Numbered from the stretch's first letter, positions 41,027 to 54,918 are shown. The stretch: DNA of 64,000 nucleotides from Octopus vulgaris (GCA_951406725.2 OX597828.1:14632001-14696000), one strand, 5' to 3'. The notes: a model not told the origin generated them from the letters alone. Program-made: numbers and translations.

Positions 41027-41410
41027 TAGGGTTAGGTTTAGGGTTAGGGTTAGGGGTTAGGGGTTAGGGTTAGGGTTAGGGTTAGGGTTATAGTTAGGGT
41101 TAGGGTTTAGGGTTAGGGTATAGGGTTTAGGGTTAGGGTTAGGGTTAGAGGGTTAGGGTTAGGGTTAGGGTTAGGGTTAGGGATTAGGGTTGAATGTTTA
41201 GGGTTAGGGTTAGGGGTTAGGGTTAGGGTTAGTGTTAGGGTTAGGGGTAAGGGTTAGGTTTAGGGTTTGGGTTAGTGTTAGGGTTTAGGGTTTGGGTTAG
41301 TGTTAGGGTTTAGGGTTTTTGTTAGGGATAGGGTTCGGGTTAGAGGTTAGGGTTAGTGTTAGGGTTGTTAGGGTTAGGGTTAGGTTTAGGGTTAGGATTA
41401 GGGCTAGGGT

Positions 41411-41447
<37 letters not shown>

Positions 41448-41627
41448 GTTAGGGTTAGGTTTGTGTTAGGGTTGTTGTGTTAGGGTTAGGGTTAGATTTA
41501 GGGGTTAGGGTTTTTGTTAGAGTTAGTGGTTAGGGTTAGGTTTAGGGTTTGGGTTAGTGTTAGGGTTTAGGGTTTTTGTTATGGTTAGGGTTCGGGTTAG
41601 AGGTTATGGTTAGTGTTAGGGTTAGGT

Positions 41628-41662
<35 letters not shown>

Positions 41663-41993
41663 GGTTAGGGTATAGGGTTTAGGGTTAGGGTTAGGGTTAG
41701 GGTTAGAGGGTTAGGTTAGGGTTAGGGTTAGGGTTAGGTTAGGGTTAGGGTTAGGGTTAGGGATTTAGGGTTGAAGGGTCTAGGGTTTAGGGTTAGGGTT
41801 AGGGTTAGGGGTTAGGGTTAGGTTTAGTGTTAGGTTTGTATTAGGGTTAGGTTTAGGGTTAGGGTTAGGGTTAGGGGTTAGGGTTAGGGTTAGTGTTAGG
41901 GTTAGGTTTAGGGTTTGGGTTAGTGTTAGGGTTTAGGGTTTTTGTTAGGGTTAGGGTTCGGGTTAGAGGTTATGGTTAGTGTTAGGGTTAGGG

Positions 41994-42031
<38 letters not shown>

Positions 42032-42354
42032 ATAGGGTTTAGGGTTAGGGTTAGGGTTAGGGTTAGAGGGTTAGGTTAGGGTTAGAGGGTTAGGGTTAGG
42101 GTAAGGGTTAGAGTTAGAGTTAGGGATTAGGGTTGAATGTCTAGGGTTTAGGGTTAGGGTTAGGGTTAGGGGTTAGGGTTAGGTTTAGTGTTAGGTTTGT
42201 ATTAGGGTTAGGTTTAGGGTTAGGGTTAGGGTTAGGGGTTAGGGTTAGGGTTAGTGTTAGGGTTAGGTTTAGGGTTTGGGTTAGTGTTAGGGTTTAGGGT
42301 TTTTGTTAGGGTTAGGGTTCGAGTTAGAGGTTAGGGTTAGTGTTAGGGTTAGGG

Positions 42355-42395
<41 letters not shown>

Positions 42396-42594
42396 GGTTA
42401 GGGTTAGGGTTAGGTTTTAGAGTTAGGGTTAGGGTTAGGGTTAGGGGTTAGGGTTAGGTTTAGTGTTAGGGTTGTGTTAGGGTTAGGGGTTAGGGTTAGG
42501 TTTAGGGTTTAGGTTAGTGTTAGGGTTTAGGGTTTTTGTTAGGTTTAGGGTTCGAGTTAGAGGTTAGGGTTAGTGTTAGGGTTAGGGTTAGGGT
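41027..42594 (+). repeat. Interstitial telomeric array (TTAGGG)n with variant units
   Basis: About 1.57 kb of TTAGGG interspersed with TTAGTG, TTTAGGG, TTCGGG and TTAGAGG; unique DNA on both sides. Confidence 0.97.
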
Positions 42595-42863
42595 ATTACT
42601 GTATTGAACAATTACAAGCCGGTGAGTAATATGTAATTTCTAATTATCCATATCGTCACTTTTGAGTTTCCTCGTCGACACGCCACGATGCGACAGTATA
42701 GGCATGTTGTGTTTGTTTCCTTTTGTGGCCTGGTCTTTTCTCGAATGTCTATAGGCTCTGCTACCGCTGCTTTTCCTCCAACTCCTCCTCCTTTTACCAC
42801 TACTATTACTACCACTAATACTACTCCAGCTACTGCTACTGCTGCTGCTGCTGCTGTTGATGG

Positions 42864-42896
<33 letters not shown>

Positions 42897-43017
42897 CAAC
42901 GAAGAAGAGTGTCGGATAAAGTAGACACGTCGAGAACAATGCAACATTTTGTGCCCATCTTTATATGAAACGTGTGTTTGTGTGTGCGTTTGTGTGTGTG
43001 TGTGTGTGTGTGTGTAC

Positions 43018-43074
<57 letters not shown>

Positions 43075-43845
43075 AGCGCGTGTGTGATTCGAGAAAAATT
43101 TGGTTGCTATTTCCAGCAAATGTAATGACCACACAGCGATTTCCCCGTCGGCTCGTCAGCCATTTAACGTGGTCTGAATGTGTGGGTGAAGACGCCGGAT
43201 AAAATGGTTTGTGTGTTATAACACTCATCATGTATTAATCTATCAAAACAGTTTCATTTTTGTTTCATTTTCCTGGAACGTGTAGGAGGGAGGTGGAGCG
43301 AGGGGTAGGGATCTCTGAAACATTGACTTCTATAATACACTTGTTGATACGGCAACGCTTAAACAGAAAGACAAATAAAAGAGCCATTTTAAAACTACAG
43401 AGTACGGTATATAACCCCTCATAACTAAAAAGATTTTGCTGCGTTTTAAGGGCTATTTAGCTATTATTTTTAGCACATCTCATGACCACCTCATACCCTC
43501 CTCGTGTGTTTGTTAGTATGACGTATTGATGTTTTTCCATATCTTTCTCCCCATACACACATTTAATGCTGAGATTTATTGCTGAGATGTAAGCTAAAAA
43601 TTCGGACTTCATATTTTAAACTGTGATTTTAAAAAAACTCTCTTTTTTCTTTTTTTTTTTTTAGCCTCGTGAATTCCTGTGTATAGAGAATACAAATTCG
43701 CGAAAATTTTCTGAAAATTCAAAAAAAATAAAAGTAGTTATGAGGGGTTGTATGCCGTGCGTAAGGCAGAATTCCGCCGAGTGGTCGACTCCCTATGTAA
43801 TAAACAGATAAGAAAACCTTAGCTTTATAAACAATATTTCGTGGA

Positions 43846-43905
<60 letters not shown>

Positions 43906-44053
43906 CAGAGAAAGAGAGGCAGAGAGAGAGAGACGGAGAGAGAGAGAGAGAGAAACTTAGCTTCAATACTGTGTTTAGATTTCACCAACCTTGTGTACCC
44001 GTTTTATCTGTTCAGGGAGATTCTTTAAGAAACCCAATATTACTAAGGACTAT

Positions 44054-44220
44054 GGCGGCGAGTTGGCAGAAACGTTAGCACGCTGGGCGAAATGCTTTAT
44101 GTTCTGAACTCAAATTCCGCCGAGGTCGACTTTGCCTTTCATCCTTTCGGGGTCGATAAATTAAATACCAGTTGCGTACTAGAGTCAATCTAATCGACTG
44201 GTCCCTTCCCCAAAAAGAAG
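44054..44220 (+). mobile_element. SINE family A with TSD ATTACTAAGGACT
   Basis: Head, core and a 13-bp flanking direct repeat. Confidence 0.85.
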
Positions 44221-44479
44221 ATTACTAAGGACTTAATCAAATCGCGAAAATCATTTTGCTAATTTGCATAGTATAAACGCATTCTTATTCGATAGTTCGG
44301 TGCGTTAAGAGTGTATTGTTTAAATACTATAGTGTACATCTAGAAATACTATACTGTACGTCTATACGATACTGTAAGATTTATCTGGCTTGTTATTTAA
44401 TATAACCCTATTTGTCTAAGTTGTTCAAGTACACGCTAATGACCCCTCTCAGTTATTTGTCTCTGCTTTATCTAGGCCA

Positions 44480-44812
44480 AAGATGCTTTCTCTTTCTTTG
44501 TGACGTGACGTGACGTGACCGACCAGGCTATCAGATGTTGCTATACATCGCTGGTCACAATGCGCTTCGCATTGTTTTAGCCTTCAAATGACGCCACCCC
44601 GCTGGCTAAGCGAGCAGGCCAACAGAAGAAAGAGTGAGAGAAAGTTGCGGCGAAAGAGTACAGCAGGGATCGCCACCATCCCCTGCCGGAGCCTCGTGGA
44701 GCTTGTAGGTGTTTTCGCTCAATAAACACTCACAACGCTCGGCCTGGAAATCGAAACTGCGTTCCTACGACCGCGAGTCCGCTGCCCTAACCACTGGGCC
44801 ATTGCGCCTCCA
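44480..44812 (-). mobile_element. SINE family D with (GTCAC)n tail
   Basis: Head GGAGGCGCAATGGCCCAGTGGTTAGGGCAGCGGAC on the minus strand. Confidence 0.8.
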
Positions 44813-44822
44813 CCTCTTTCTT

Positions 44823-44960
<138 letters not shown>

Positions 44961-45084
44961 AGGGGATTTGGTAGACGGAAACTGAAAGAAGCCCGTCGAA
45001 TATATATATGTATATATATATATATATATATGTGTGTGACTGTGTGTGTGTGTGTGTGTATATCAACATGTAGAACTGTTAATC

Positions 45085-45139
45085 CCGACTGACGAAGGGA
45101 GGGCTGTTATAAGCTAACCCTGAAATCGGTCCGATATGG
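45085..45139 (+). ncRNA. Hammerhead motif in (TA)n-embedded island 45063-45383
   Basis: CTGACGA-AGGG...CCCT-GAAA-TCG(gtc)CGA-TA-TGG; stem I is imperfect. Confidence 0.6.
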
Positions 45140-45381
45140 TAATAATGGAATTTTTTAGAAATTTCTGTCCACCTTTTTTCGAGTAGCGTGCGTATTGTGA
45201 AAAAATTATATGGTTAATGGACAATATGTCCAATTTTTCGGCATATTTGGCATTAGAAATTTTTTCGTTTGCCCTTATCTATGAATTGTTTATAAATTTT
45301 ACCTTTAAAGGTATTTTTTAATATGCTGGCCATTGATAAAATGTTTTTTGGAAAAGAAATTTTTCGAAAAATGTTTTATCC

Positions 45382-45492
<111 letters not shown>

Positions 45493-46255
45493 GACGGCCT
45501 TTTTTCAGTTTCCGTCTACCAAATCCACTCACAAAGCTTTGGTCGGCCCGAGACTATAATAGAAGACACTTGCACAAGGTACCATGTGGTTGGTAAACAA
45601 GCTACTTACCACACAGCCACTCTTACGCCTATAAACCTGTCTATGTTTAGACAGATTTAATCATCTTCGCTTGTATCTGTGCGTTAAATACAGTGTTGGC
45701 TAAAATCTATATACATATTCTATAGTACTGTATAGCAGTAAAACAAGGCACTAAAATTTACTAAAGAAAAGAACATTTCCATTATAAACTGTAATAGATA
45801 TCGATTGTCGTATAACAATGTTAATTTAACTAATTAGAAGCCTCACATAAACCGTTATGAAAATCGTTAGGTATAAAACAACAACTGCAGACTAGCAGCA
45901 GGCATGTCTAATTAGGAAACTGACAGGCTAATAGATAAATCAACAAGGTAAACGAAAATGATGTAACAGACTGATTTTTTCTTTTTTATTTTTTATTTTA
46001 CAAGTGGGTGTTCTTTTTTTTTCTTTTTTATATTTGTTTGTCATTTGACAGCGGGCCATGCTGGGGCACCGCCTTTAGTCGAGCAAATCGACCCCAGGAC
46101 TTATTTTTTGTAAGCCTAGAACTTATTCTATCGGGTCTCTCTTTTGTCGAACTTCTAAGTGACGGGGACGTAAACACACCAGCATCGATTATCCAGCGAT
46201 GTTGGGGGGACAAACACAGACACACAAACACAGACACACAATCACATACACATAC

Positions 46256-46319
<64 letters not shown>

Positions 46320-46402
46320 TTCCATTTTCCTGAGCGCCTAATAATAATAATACTGTAATTGTTCCACGTGTTGTTGTTTTTTCTGTTTTCCCGTTTGGAT
46401 TA

Positions 46403-46444
<42 letters not shown>

Positions 46445-46448
<4 letters not shown>

Positions 46449-46663
46449 TAAAAACGGTAAGATAACAAAAGAAAGAAAGAGACCTCAATATTATGTAAAT
46501 AGAGGAAATTTATCTGTAAAATAATATGTGACAATTATTCGGTAGCCAAGATAAAACTCTGAGTTTCGGATGCTGAAGATAACCGAAGAGATGGTGTTCT
46601 GGATTTCCACTTCGGCATCCGAAACTCAGAGTTTTATCTTAGCTATTGAATAATTGTCCCATA

Positions 46664-46667
<4 letters not shown>
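46445..46667. mobile_element. PLE-type inverted-repeat island in (TA)n
   Basis: Arms ~46523-46578 and 46610-46667 are reverse complements. Confidence 0.75.
46576..46640 (+). ncRNA. Hammerhead variant (core CCGAAGA)
   Basis: AAGATAA-CCGAAGA-GATG...CATC-c-GAAA-CTC-A-GAG-TT-TTATCTT; 7-bp stem I. Confidence 0.7.
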
Positions 46668-46723
<56 letters not shown>

Positions 46724-46835
46724 TTATATGAAGAGAAAATACAATCTGATCTTTTGTTCGAATATTGACGAGGTTTTAGAAAAGGAATGTGTGCGTGTAT
46801 ATGTGTTTGCGTGTGCGTGTGTATGCATATATATA

Positions 46836-46870
<35 letters not shown>

Positions 46871-46936
46871 AATCATCATCATGTATGTATATATATATAT
46901 ATATACATATATGGACACATACATGTACATATACGT

Positions 46937-47057
<121 letters not shown>

Positions 47058-47214
47058 TATATATTTTTTTACTCTCTTACTTGTTTCAGTCATTTGATTG
47101 TGGCCATGCTAGAGCAGCGCCTTTAGTCGAACAAATCGACTCCAGGACATTCTTTGTAAGCCTAGTACATATTCTGTCGATCACTATTGCCGAACAAGTA
47201 AGTTACCGGGACGT

Positions 47215-47260
<46 letters not shown>

Positions 47261-47379
47261 GTCCTCTCCGGGTAAAAAAATCGCAGTAGAGTCCTCTCGA
47301 ACGGACAGCCATATTAAAGTGGCTACGAATATTACTTATATATATTTGCATTAATGCAAGCATGTAAGTAACTTATTTA

Positions 47380-47528
47380 TTGTGTGGTAAGTAGCTTGTT
47401 TACCAACTACATGGTTCCGGGTTCAGTCCCACTTCGTGGCACCTTGGGCAAGTGTCTTCTACTATAGCCTCGGGCCAACCAAAGCCTTGTGAGTAGATTT
47501 GGTAGACGGAAACTGAAAGAAGCCCGTC

Positions 47529-47565
<37 letters not shown>

Positions 47566-47770
47566 TGTATGTGTTTGTCTCCCTAGCATCGCTTGACAAC
47601 CGATGCTGGTGTGTTTATGTCCCCGTTACTTAGCGGTTCGGCAAAAGAGACCGATAGAATAAGTACTGGGCTTACAAAAGAATAAGTCTCGGAGTCGAGT
47701 TGCTCGATTAAAGGCGGTGCTCCAGCATGGCCGCTGTCAAATGACTGAAACAAGTAAAAGAGTAAAAGAG
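47380..47770 (+). mobile_element. SINE family B
   Basis: Near-consensus head, core and tail. Confidence 0.85.
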
Positions 47771-48134
47771 AGAGAGAGAGTATAATCGTAGAAATTATTT
47801 ACATGTTTTTAAATTACGAAACAATTCATCGTGAAATTATTGTTAAATAAGATTTCATCAAACTATTTCTCTGTCGTTTATGACTTCATAAACTTTATAT
47901 GTTTTGTAAAATGGTACATTAAGGAGTCTTTTTTATGAGTACTACCGGATTACTTGAATCCATACATTGTAACTTAAATGTATCACACACACTCACATAT
48001 TCGCACATTCATACGGATGCCCCAGCATGGCTATAGTCCAGCGATGTTGTGTATGCGTACACACATACACACACTTTGTTATATGGGCCCATATTGCTGA
48101 GGAACTTGGGTTAAAAGAAGCATTAATGTATTCT

Positions 48135-48718
48135 TTTCTACTCCAGGCACAAGGCCCGAAATTTTGGGGCAGGGGGGCCAGTCGATTAGATCGACCCCAG
48201 TATGCAACTGGTACTTAATTTATCGACCCCCCCAAAAGGATGAAAGGCAAAGTCGACCTCGACGGAATTTGAACTCAGAACGTAAAGACAAACATACCTA
48301 TTTCTATACTACCCACAAGGGGTTAAACACAGAGGGGACAAACAAGGACAGACAAACGGATTAAGTCGATTATATCGACCCCAGTGTGTAACTGGTACTT
48401 ATTTAATCGACCCCCAAAAGGATGAAAGGCAAAGTCGACCTCGACGGAATTTGAACTCAGAACGAAAAGACAAACATACCTATTTCTATACTACCCACAA
48501 GGGGTTAAACACAGAGGGGACAAACAAGGACAAGGACAGACAAACGGATTAAGTCTATTATATCAACCCCAGTGCGTAACTGGTACTTATTTAATCGACG
48601 CCGAAAAGATGAAAGGCAAAGTCGACCTCAGCGGAATTTGAACTCAGAACGTAGCGGCAGACGAAATACTGCTAAGCATTTCGCCAGGCGTGCTAACGTT
48701 TCTGCCAGCTCGCCGCCT
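48135..48718 (-). mobile_element. SINE family A with triplicated ~180-bp internal unit and TSD GAAGCATTAATGT
   Basis: Core at ~48240, ~48420 and ~48610, with a single head. Confidence 0.9.
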
Positions 48719-49125
48719 TGAAGCATTAATGTGTTAACGTATTAATGTATATTGGTTGATACAAAACTTCAAATAAGGCAATCAAAACAAGTAATTTTGA
48801 TATCTTTGTAAAAGCGTGAGCATTACCGCTTCTAATTGTCTTGAAATAACTTTAGGCTTATTAATGTGTATGCACGGAATATATTCATTGCGAAGGTAAG
48901 TAAGGGAGATAAGTAAACAAAACTATAAAACTATGTTCGCGAATTATCGCCACTGGTGATTTACAAGAAAAATAATTCCACTGGAAAATATTTCGAATCT
49001 TCACTGAATATCTGAACATGAATGAAGAATTCAGAAAACAACTTGTATTGCCTTGGGATACGGATATGGTAGCTATTTATAGCAAGCATATGTTATTATG
49101 TTCGCTTTTTTTTTTATTACGTATG

Positions 49126-49226
<101 letters not shown>

Positions 49227-49228
49227 TA

Positions 49229-49640
49229 GGCGCAGGAGTGGCTGTGTGGTAGGTAGCTTGTTTACCAACCACATTGTTCGGGTTCAGTCCCACTGCGTGG
49301 CACCTTGGGCAAGTGTCTTCTACTATAGCCTCGGGTCGACCAAAGCCTTGTGAGTGGATTTGGTAGGCGGAAACTGAAAGAAGCCCGTCGTATATATGTA
49401 TATATATATATATGCGTGTATGTGTTTGTGTCTGTGTTTGTCCTCCTAGCATTGCTTGACAACCGATGCTGGTGTGTTTATGTCCCCGTTACTTAGCGGT
49501 TCGGCAAAAGAGACCGATAGAATAAGTACTGGGCTTACAAAAGAAAAAGACCCGGGGTCGAGTTGCTCGATTAAAGGCGGTGCTCCAGCATGGCCGCAGT
49601 CAAATGACTGAAACAAGTAAAAGAATAAAAGAAAGAATAA
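49229..49640 (+). mobile_element. SINE family B, full length
   Basis: Starts GGCGCAGGAGTGGCTGTGTGG. Further copies at ~36470-37130, 45490-45630(-), 46030-46260(-), 55140-55525(-), 55750-56150(-), 57620-57865(-), 58700-59205(-), 61200-61510(-) and 62265-62395(-). Confidence 0.9.
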
Positions 49641-49760
49641 AAAGAATATATATATATATATAACGGGAAGGTTTACGAAAATAAACAAAAGATGGCAGGT
49701 GGAGTACAAACAAACAAACAAATGTATTAGTATGGCGCTCAGGAATAGAAATAGAACAAG

Positions 49761-49798
49761 TCTTTTACGTTTCGAGTCTACGCTCTTCGACAGAAAGA
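49761..49798 (-). ncRNA. Minimal hammerhead variant (core CUGUCGA)
   Basis: Minus strand TCTTT-CTGTCGA-A-GAG(cgtaga)CTC-GAAAC-GTA-AAAGA. Confidence 0.6.
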
Positions 49799-49887
49799 TA
49801 CACAGAGAAAAATCAAGGAGAGGGAAAAATGCGTGTAAGAGCTAACGGTCCATCATGGCATATATATTGTAAACGTCCTATTCAGCA

Positions 49888-49965
<78 letters not shown>

Positions 49966-50939
49966 TGTGTGTGTGTATTTTTATTGTTGTTAACAAACCA
50001 AATTCTTCCTTTGTACATCTGCAAGCAGGTCACTGACACTTATTCAGGTGTATTTTTGTAGTTCAACACAATATTTCAAATCAAATTTCTTGCCAAACAA
50101 GCAAACCATGTAATTTATTGTACGTTTGCCAGAAAATACCGGAGAAAGCAATGACAGTACAAAGGAGAAAAAAAAAAAAAGATTCTTTAGTATTCCATTA
50201 CTGGAAATCAAGGGAAGCTACGCAATCACTAAGTGGAGTACCTCTAGAGTTGTCCCCCATATTTACCAAAACTCAGACTTATTAATATCAACTATTATAA
50301 TTAATCTTTTATCCACGTCGTATAAGTATTATTTATTAAAATATTTTTCACCCACAGTATTAAATATGAGAATCATATTCTAACTATTGTTTTATCAAAT
50401 GGAGTACATACTTGTATATTTTCCCTCAATTACGATAATAATTATTTATGCTTTCTCATTTTACATACTTGTACGTATAATAGAATGAAATATGAACATG
50501 CAGCAAGGAATACAAGTATATGCATTATATAGATTAAAGAAGAAAATGTACTCTATTTAGGTTTGTCAGACTAGTGTCCTCATCTTGATTGTTGCTTTCT
50601 CTACGTTAGAGGACAACAGGCCGAATAAGGTAAACTGGACGCTCCCAACCAGGCAGAAATGTATGTAGCGTTCTCGTTGGCCGCTGGCGTGACGCATTTC
50701 GCCTTTTCCCAATACATATTGTTTTTAAACACAGAACGACCATATGGTATATTATCTCCGGACGAATACCGCCGTAAATATGCCTATCATGATGCATTTA
50801 CATTAAGTATAATACATAACTGGCTATTTTAATCAAATACTCTTGTTGTGTATGTGAGAGAGAGTAAGCACTCATACACACACACACACACACGCACACA
50901 CTCAGATATATAATTATATATATTATACATATACATATA

Positions 50940-51595
50940 TAGAGAGGAGTTAATGTAAGGACAAGGAAATTAGGCAAGTCGATATACAAAAAATATCGCT
51001 TACTATGGACCAGGATAGGGTGTATGGAATATTTTGAGATTTGGGGTTGTATATATACGTTGCTAAGGAGGTTGGATTGGTGTATAGTGGAAGTTGTGTC
51101 CGTAGATTCAGGGTTAGTATTAGGAAAGAGATGTCCTATTTTAGTTTTAAGCTTACTGCTGTGGATATGATAAATTTCTCGCGGAAGCCGCTTATTTGGA
51201 GGGCCTGATTATAATAAGGAGTATGAGTGTTGAAACTTTTTTCGTTAGCAGTTGAGTTAGAGATTCTGCTAGTTATGCCTGTGACTACGTTATTAAGGGT
51301 ACGTTTAGGGTGAATCTGTCAATACCTCAAATGTAAAATTCTTCCCTGAAGAAGGAGGCTGGTGGTATCCGATCATGGAATCAAGTTACAATCATTATTT
51401 TGGACCAGCAAGTCCCCAGAAATAGTTGTTGAACTCATAAAACTCTTACTCAACACCTTTAAATCCAGATATCATTTCCATATCGGACATTATTTTATAT
51501 GCATATAAATGTACATTTTTTGTATTAAGTGTATTTAATATTTTATGTATCTCGACTTGCCAAACTTGCTTGTCCTTACATTTACTCCTCTACCT
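50940..51595 (-). mobile_element. Internally deleted PLE (RT thumb and EN remnants) with inverted terminal repeat
   Basis: Minus strand 51310-51170 reads PKRTLNNVVTGITSRISNSTANEKSFNTHTPYYNQALQISGFREKF, then SLATYI/NIPYTLSWSIV. 50940-51000 is inverted relative to 51538-51592. A degenerate hammerhead (CTGAAGA...GAAA) lies at ~51345-51435(+). Confidence 0.7.
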
Positions 51596-51672
51596 GCTCA
51601 ACTTCAAATCTGTTGAGCACTACAAAGTGTATTCTATACAGAGAATACCTGTCTCTAATCTATCTAGCTATC

Positions 51673-51706
<34 letters not shown>

Positions 51707-51947
51707 TATATATATATGTATGTATATATATATGTATATATGTATATGTACATATGTATATATATATATATATATGTATGTATATATATATATATATATG
51801 CACATTTATATATATATATATATACACATATGTATATATATGTACATATATATATATATATATGTATATATATGTATATATATGTATATATATATATATA
51901 TCTATATGTATATATATATGTATATATATATGTATATGTATATATAT

Positions 51948-51982
<35 letters not shown>

Positions 51983-52092
51983 TACGTATATATATATATG
52001 TGTATATATATGTATACATATATGTATGTATATATATGTATATATATATACATATATATATATATACATACATATATATACATGCATACATA

Positions 52093-52155
<63 letters not shown>

Positions 52156-52611
52156 ATCTACGTACACATACATACATGCATGCATACAATCATACATATA
52201 TGTATATACATACATGTGATCTCGTATGTTAATGCAATTAGTAAATTTGCCAAATATTATCTTGTTACTGTTGTATAGAGTGGAATAGAGAGTTGTTGTT
52301 GTTGTTATTGTTGTTGGGGGTGGCGGTGGCGGCGGGGGTGGCAGGGGTGTTGCTATCGTTGCCGTCGTGAAGTTAGTGGCAGTGGTGTGGTATATCAGCC
52401 TGCTTGATAGAACAAAACTCATTCCAAAGTTAGGTTTTCCAGCCATGACTCTCCCGCCATTATATTAAGTAATAATAGATTTTATGAAAATTATATTGGA
52501 TGTCTCTGGCTGTGTGGAGTGCGTGTGTGTGCGTTGTGTTTGTGCATGTATGTATGAATTTGTGTGTTAGTGTGTGTGTGTGTATGTGTTGTGTTAGTGT
52601 GTGTGTATGTG

Positions 52612-52671
<60 letters not shown>

Positions 52672-52777
52672 TGTGTCTGTGTCTGTGTCTCTATGTGTGT
52701 GTGCGTGGGCGTAGGCGTTGGTGTATTTACTATGATGTTTAAACTGTTTGACTTCTAGAAATACCAGCTAGCGTAGT

Positions 52778-52981
52778 GAAGAAGAAGAAGAAGAAGAAGA
52801 AGAAGAAGAAGAAGAAGAAGAAGAAGAAGAAGAAGAAGAAGAAGAAGAAGAAGAAGAAGAAGAAGAAGAAGAAGAAGAAGAAGAAGAAGAAGAAGAAGAA
52901 GAAGAAGAAGAAAGAGAAGAAGAAGAAGAAGAAGAAGAAGAAGAAGAAGAAGAAGAAGAAGAAGAAGAAGAAGAAGAAGAA
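52778..52981. repeat. (GAA)n tract, about 67 units
   Basis: Direct inspection. Confidence 0.98.
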
Positions 52982-53304
52982 ATAACGTATATAAACCAAA
53001 AGAGAAACATCAACAACGCTAACAAATTTAGCATTCCCCTGATGAGTTTTGTGTGTGTAGCCTTTCACCAGTTTTCTTATCTTTTATTATGTAAGAAAGA
53101 AATTTTAATCATGCCGTTTCTAATTTCACATATTTGAGCAGTGAGCAGTTGAACAGCACATCTTTGTTTATATTTCAAGCAGGTTAGAAGTGGTTTTTCT
53201 TTTTGCTGTTTTTTTCTTTTATGAATAACATGTAGTTAAAGTGGAGACTAAATTAATGTAGTAAACCAAAAATTGAATAATGACGATAATGATAATAGAA
53301 AAAA

Positions 53305-53675
53305 AAAGGACTTCCTTTTGTAACCCCTACCACCATATTTTCTTTTTTAATATTACACATGATAGAAAATTGATTCCCTACCATGTTTTATAATAATAAT
53401 GATGAGAAAGTCATAAAAAGTCACAAAAATTAAGAATTTCTACTCATGTGTCGGCAAATTTCAGAGTTAGGCAATTTAGATCTTAACGTTAGGCAAATTG
53501 AGACATGAATATATATAATTCAGAACTGAATTTTTTTCATGGAAATTCTTAATTTTTATGACTGTCTCATCATTATTATTATAAGACATGGTAGGAAATC
53601 AATTTTCCAACATGTGTAATATTAAAAAGATAAAAAATTAGGGGGTGAGGTGGGGTACAAAAGTAAGTCTTTCCA
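53305..53675. mobile_element. Long inverted repeat, MITE-like
   Basis: TTAATATTACACATG..GAAAATTGATT.CCTACCATG... versus CATGGTAGGAAATCAATTTTC..CATGTGTAATATTAA. Confidence 0.7.
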
Positions 53676-53802
53676 AAAAAATAATGAATTAAAAAAACAG
53701 CCGTAATAAAAAAAAATCATTCGAGTCATCAGGGGAGACAATTCCGAAATCTGAATACATTAGGAACGTGCATTGGAGAGTAACTCCGAAATTTAGTAAT
53801 TA

Positions 53803-53922
53803 CTAGCAGTATAACCCAGCTTTGCCCGGGATTAAGTTAGGATTATTAAGCTAATCAAGTTCTTTATTTCAAACCAAACTAAGTAACATTGACGTCAAAT
53901 TTGGGTGAAATCTGTTGAAATT

Positions 53923-53979
<57 letters not shown>

Positions 53980-54386
53980 GCAACACACACACCTACACAC
54001 ACGTACGTACGTACACCTATTGCATACATGTTCGTGTGTGTGTTGCCCATATATCAACAAAACACTTTTTTCCTCGATAGAAAAAAAACACACAGCAAAA
54101 GTCTTAACAAAAACTTACTCGTCGCTAGAAAGACACTTAACTCCTGTTTGCAAACAATGGTGATTTCTCCGACTTGAAAATAGTTAAAAGTTTTGGTTGA
54201 AAAATTATTTTTACTGCTATTCGCTGGTGCCTATGGGAAAAATAAGTTGACGAAAATACAGCTAGGATCATGACGAATGTCCTCCTAAAATTGGAGCGAC
54301 ATGCGTGCTAATTTGTGGACGTGCATAAATTACATTCACGTACACACTCACACAAACACACATCCTGCCTCTTTTATATATACAGA
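53803..54386 (-). mobile_element. Non-autonomous Helitron
   Basis: Minus strand 5' TC(TGTATATATAAAAG), 3' hairpin CCCGG-GCAAAG-CTGGG then CTAG; inserted between A and T. Confidence 0.8.
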
Positions 54387-54651
54387 TGATGATTTGATTT
54401 AGGCATAATGGCCAGCAATTTTGAGATGAAGGCGTTAGTCAATTATATCTACCCCACCACTACTGCATATATCTCTCTGAGATATTTAGAAATGTAATAT
54501 TTCTATAATTATTAATTTGTACTTTATATAATCGATCGTGCAAGATGACAGGGAAAGTTTACCTCGGTGAGATTTGAATTTAGACTATAAATAGCTGTAA
54601 CAATACGGTTAGGCAATTTGTCTGATGCTTCTTTGTGAAGTACAACTCCGA

Positions 54652-54795
54652 GTATACATTATTTACATTCGACGGATCTCTGTTCTCATCAACGTTTTGG
54701 CTGATATACCCTCCAGCCTTCATCAGGTGTCTTGGAGAAATTTCGAACCTGGGTTCTCTTTCCTAAGGTATTTTTCGATGTTGTTGTTGTTGTTG

Positions 54796-54836
<41 letters not shown>

Positions 54837-54918
54837 TAGATCACTGCCAGGAATCGAACTCGGAATCTTGGGGTTAGTAGCCCGCGCTCTTAACCACTAC
54901 GCCATATGCCCACAGGCA
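54652..54918 (-). mobile_element. tRNA-headed SINE-like or solo PLE terminal unit with hammerhead; inverted tail at 54919-54984
   Basis: A box TGGCGTAGTGG, B box GAGTTCGATTCC, (AAT)n(AAC)n spacer, then CAC-CTGATGA-A-GGCTG...CAGCC-aAAAC-GTT (54729-54688). Collinear with 39041-39310. Confidence 0.8.

Noticed and set aside
53035-53075. CTGATGAG hammerhead-like core; likewise CTGAAGA at ~3240 and ~58410(-)
   Set aside because: No correctly placed GAAA with pairing stems I and II.
54841-54911. Possible functional tRNA gene
   Set aside because: The acceptor stem does not pair and there is no terminator; it is the head of a repeat. The same applies to all other tRNA-like SINE heads.
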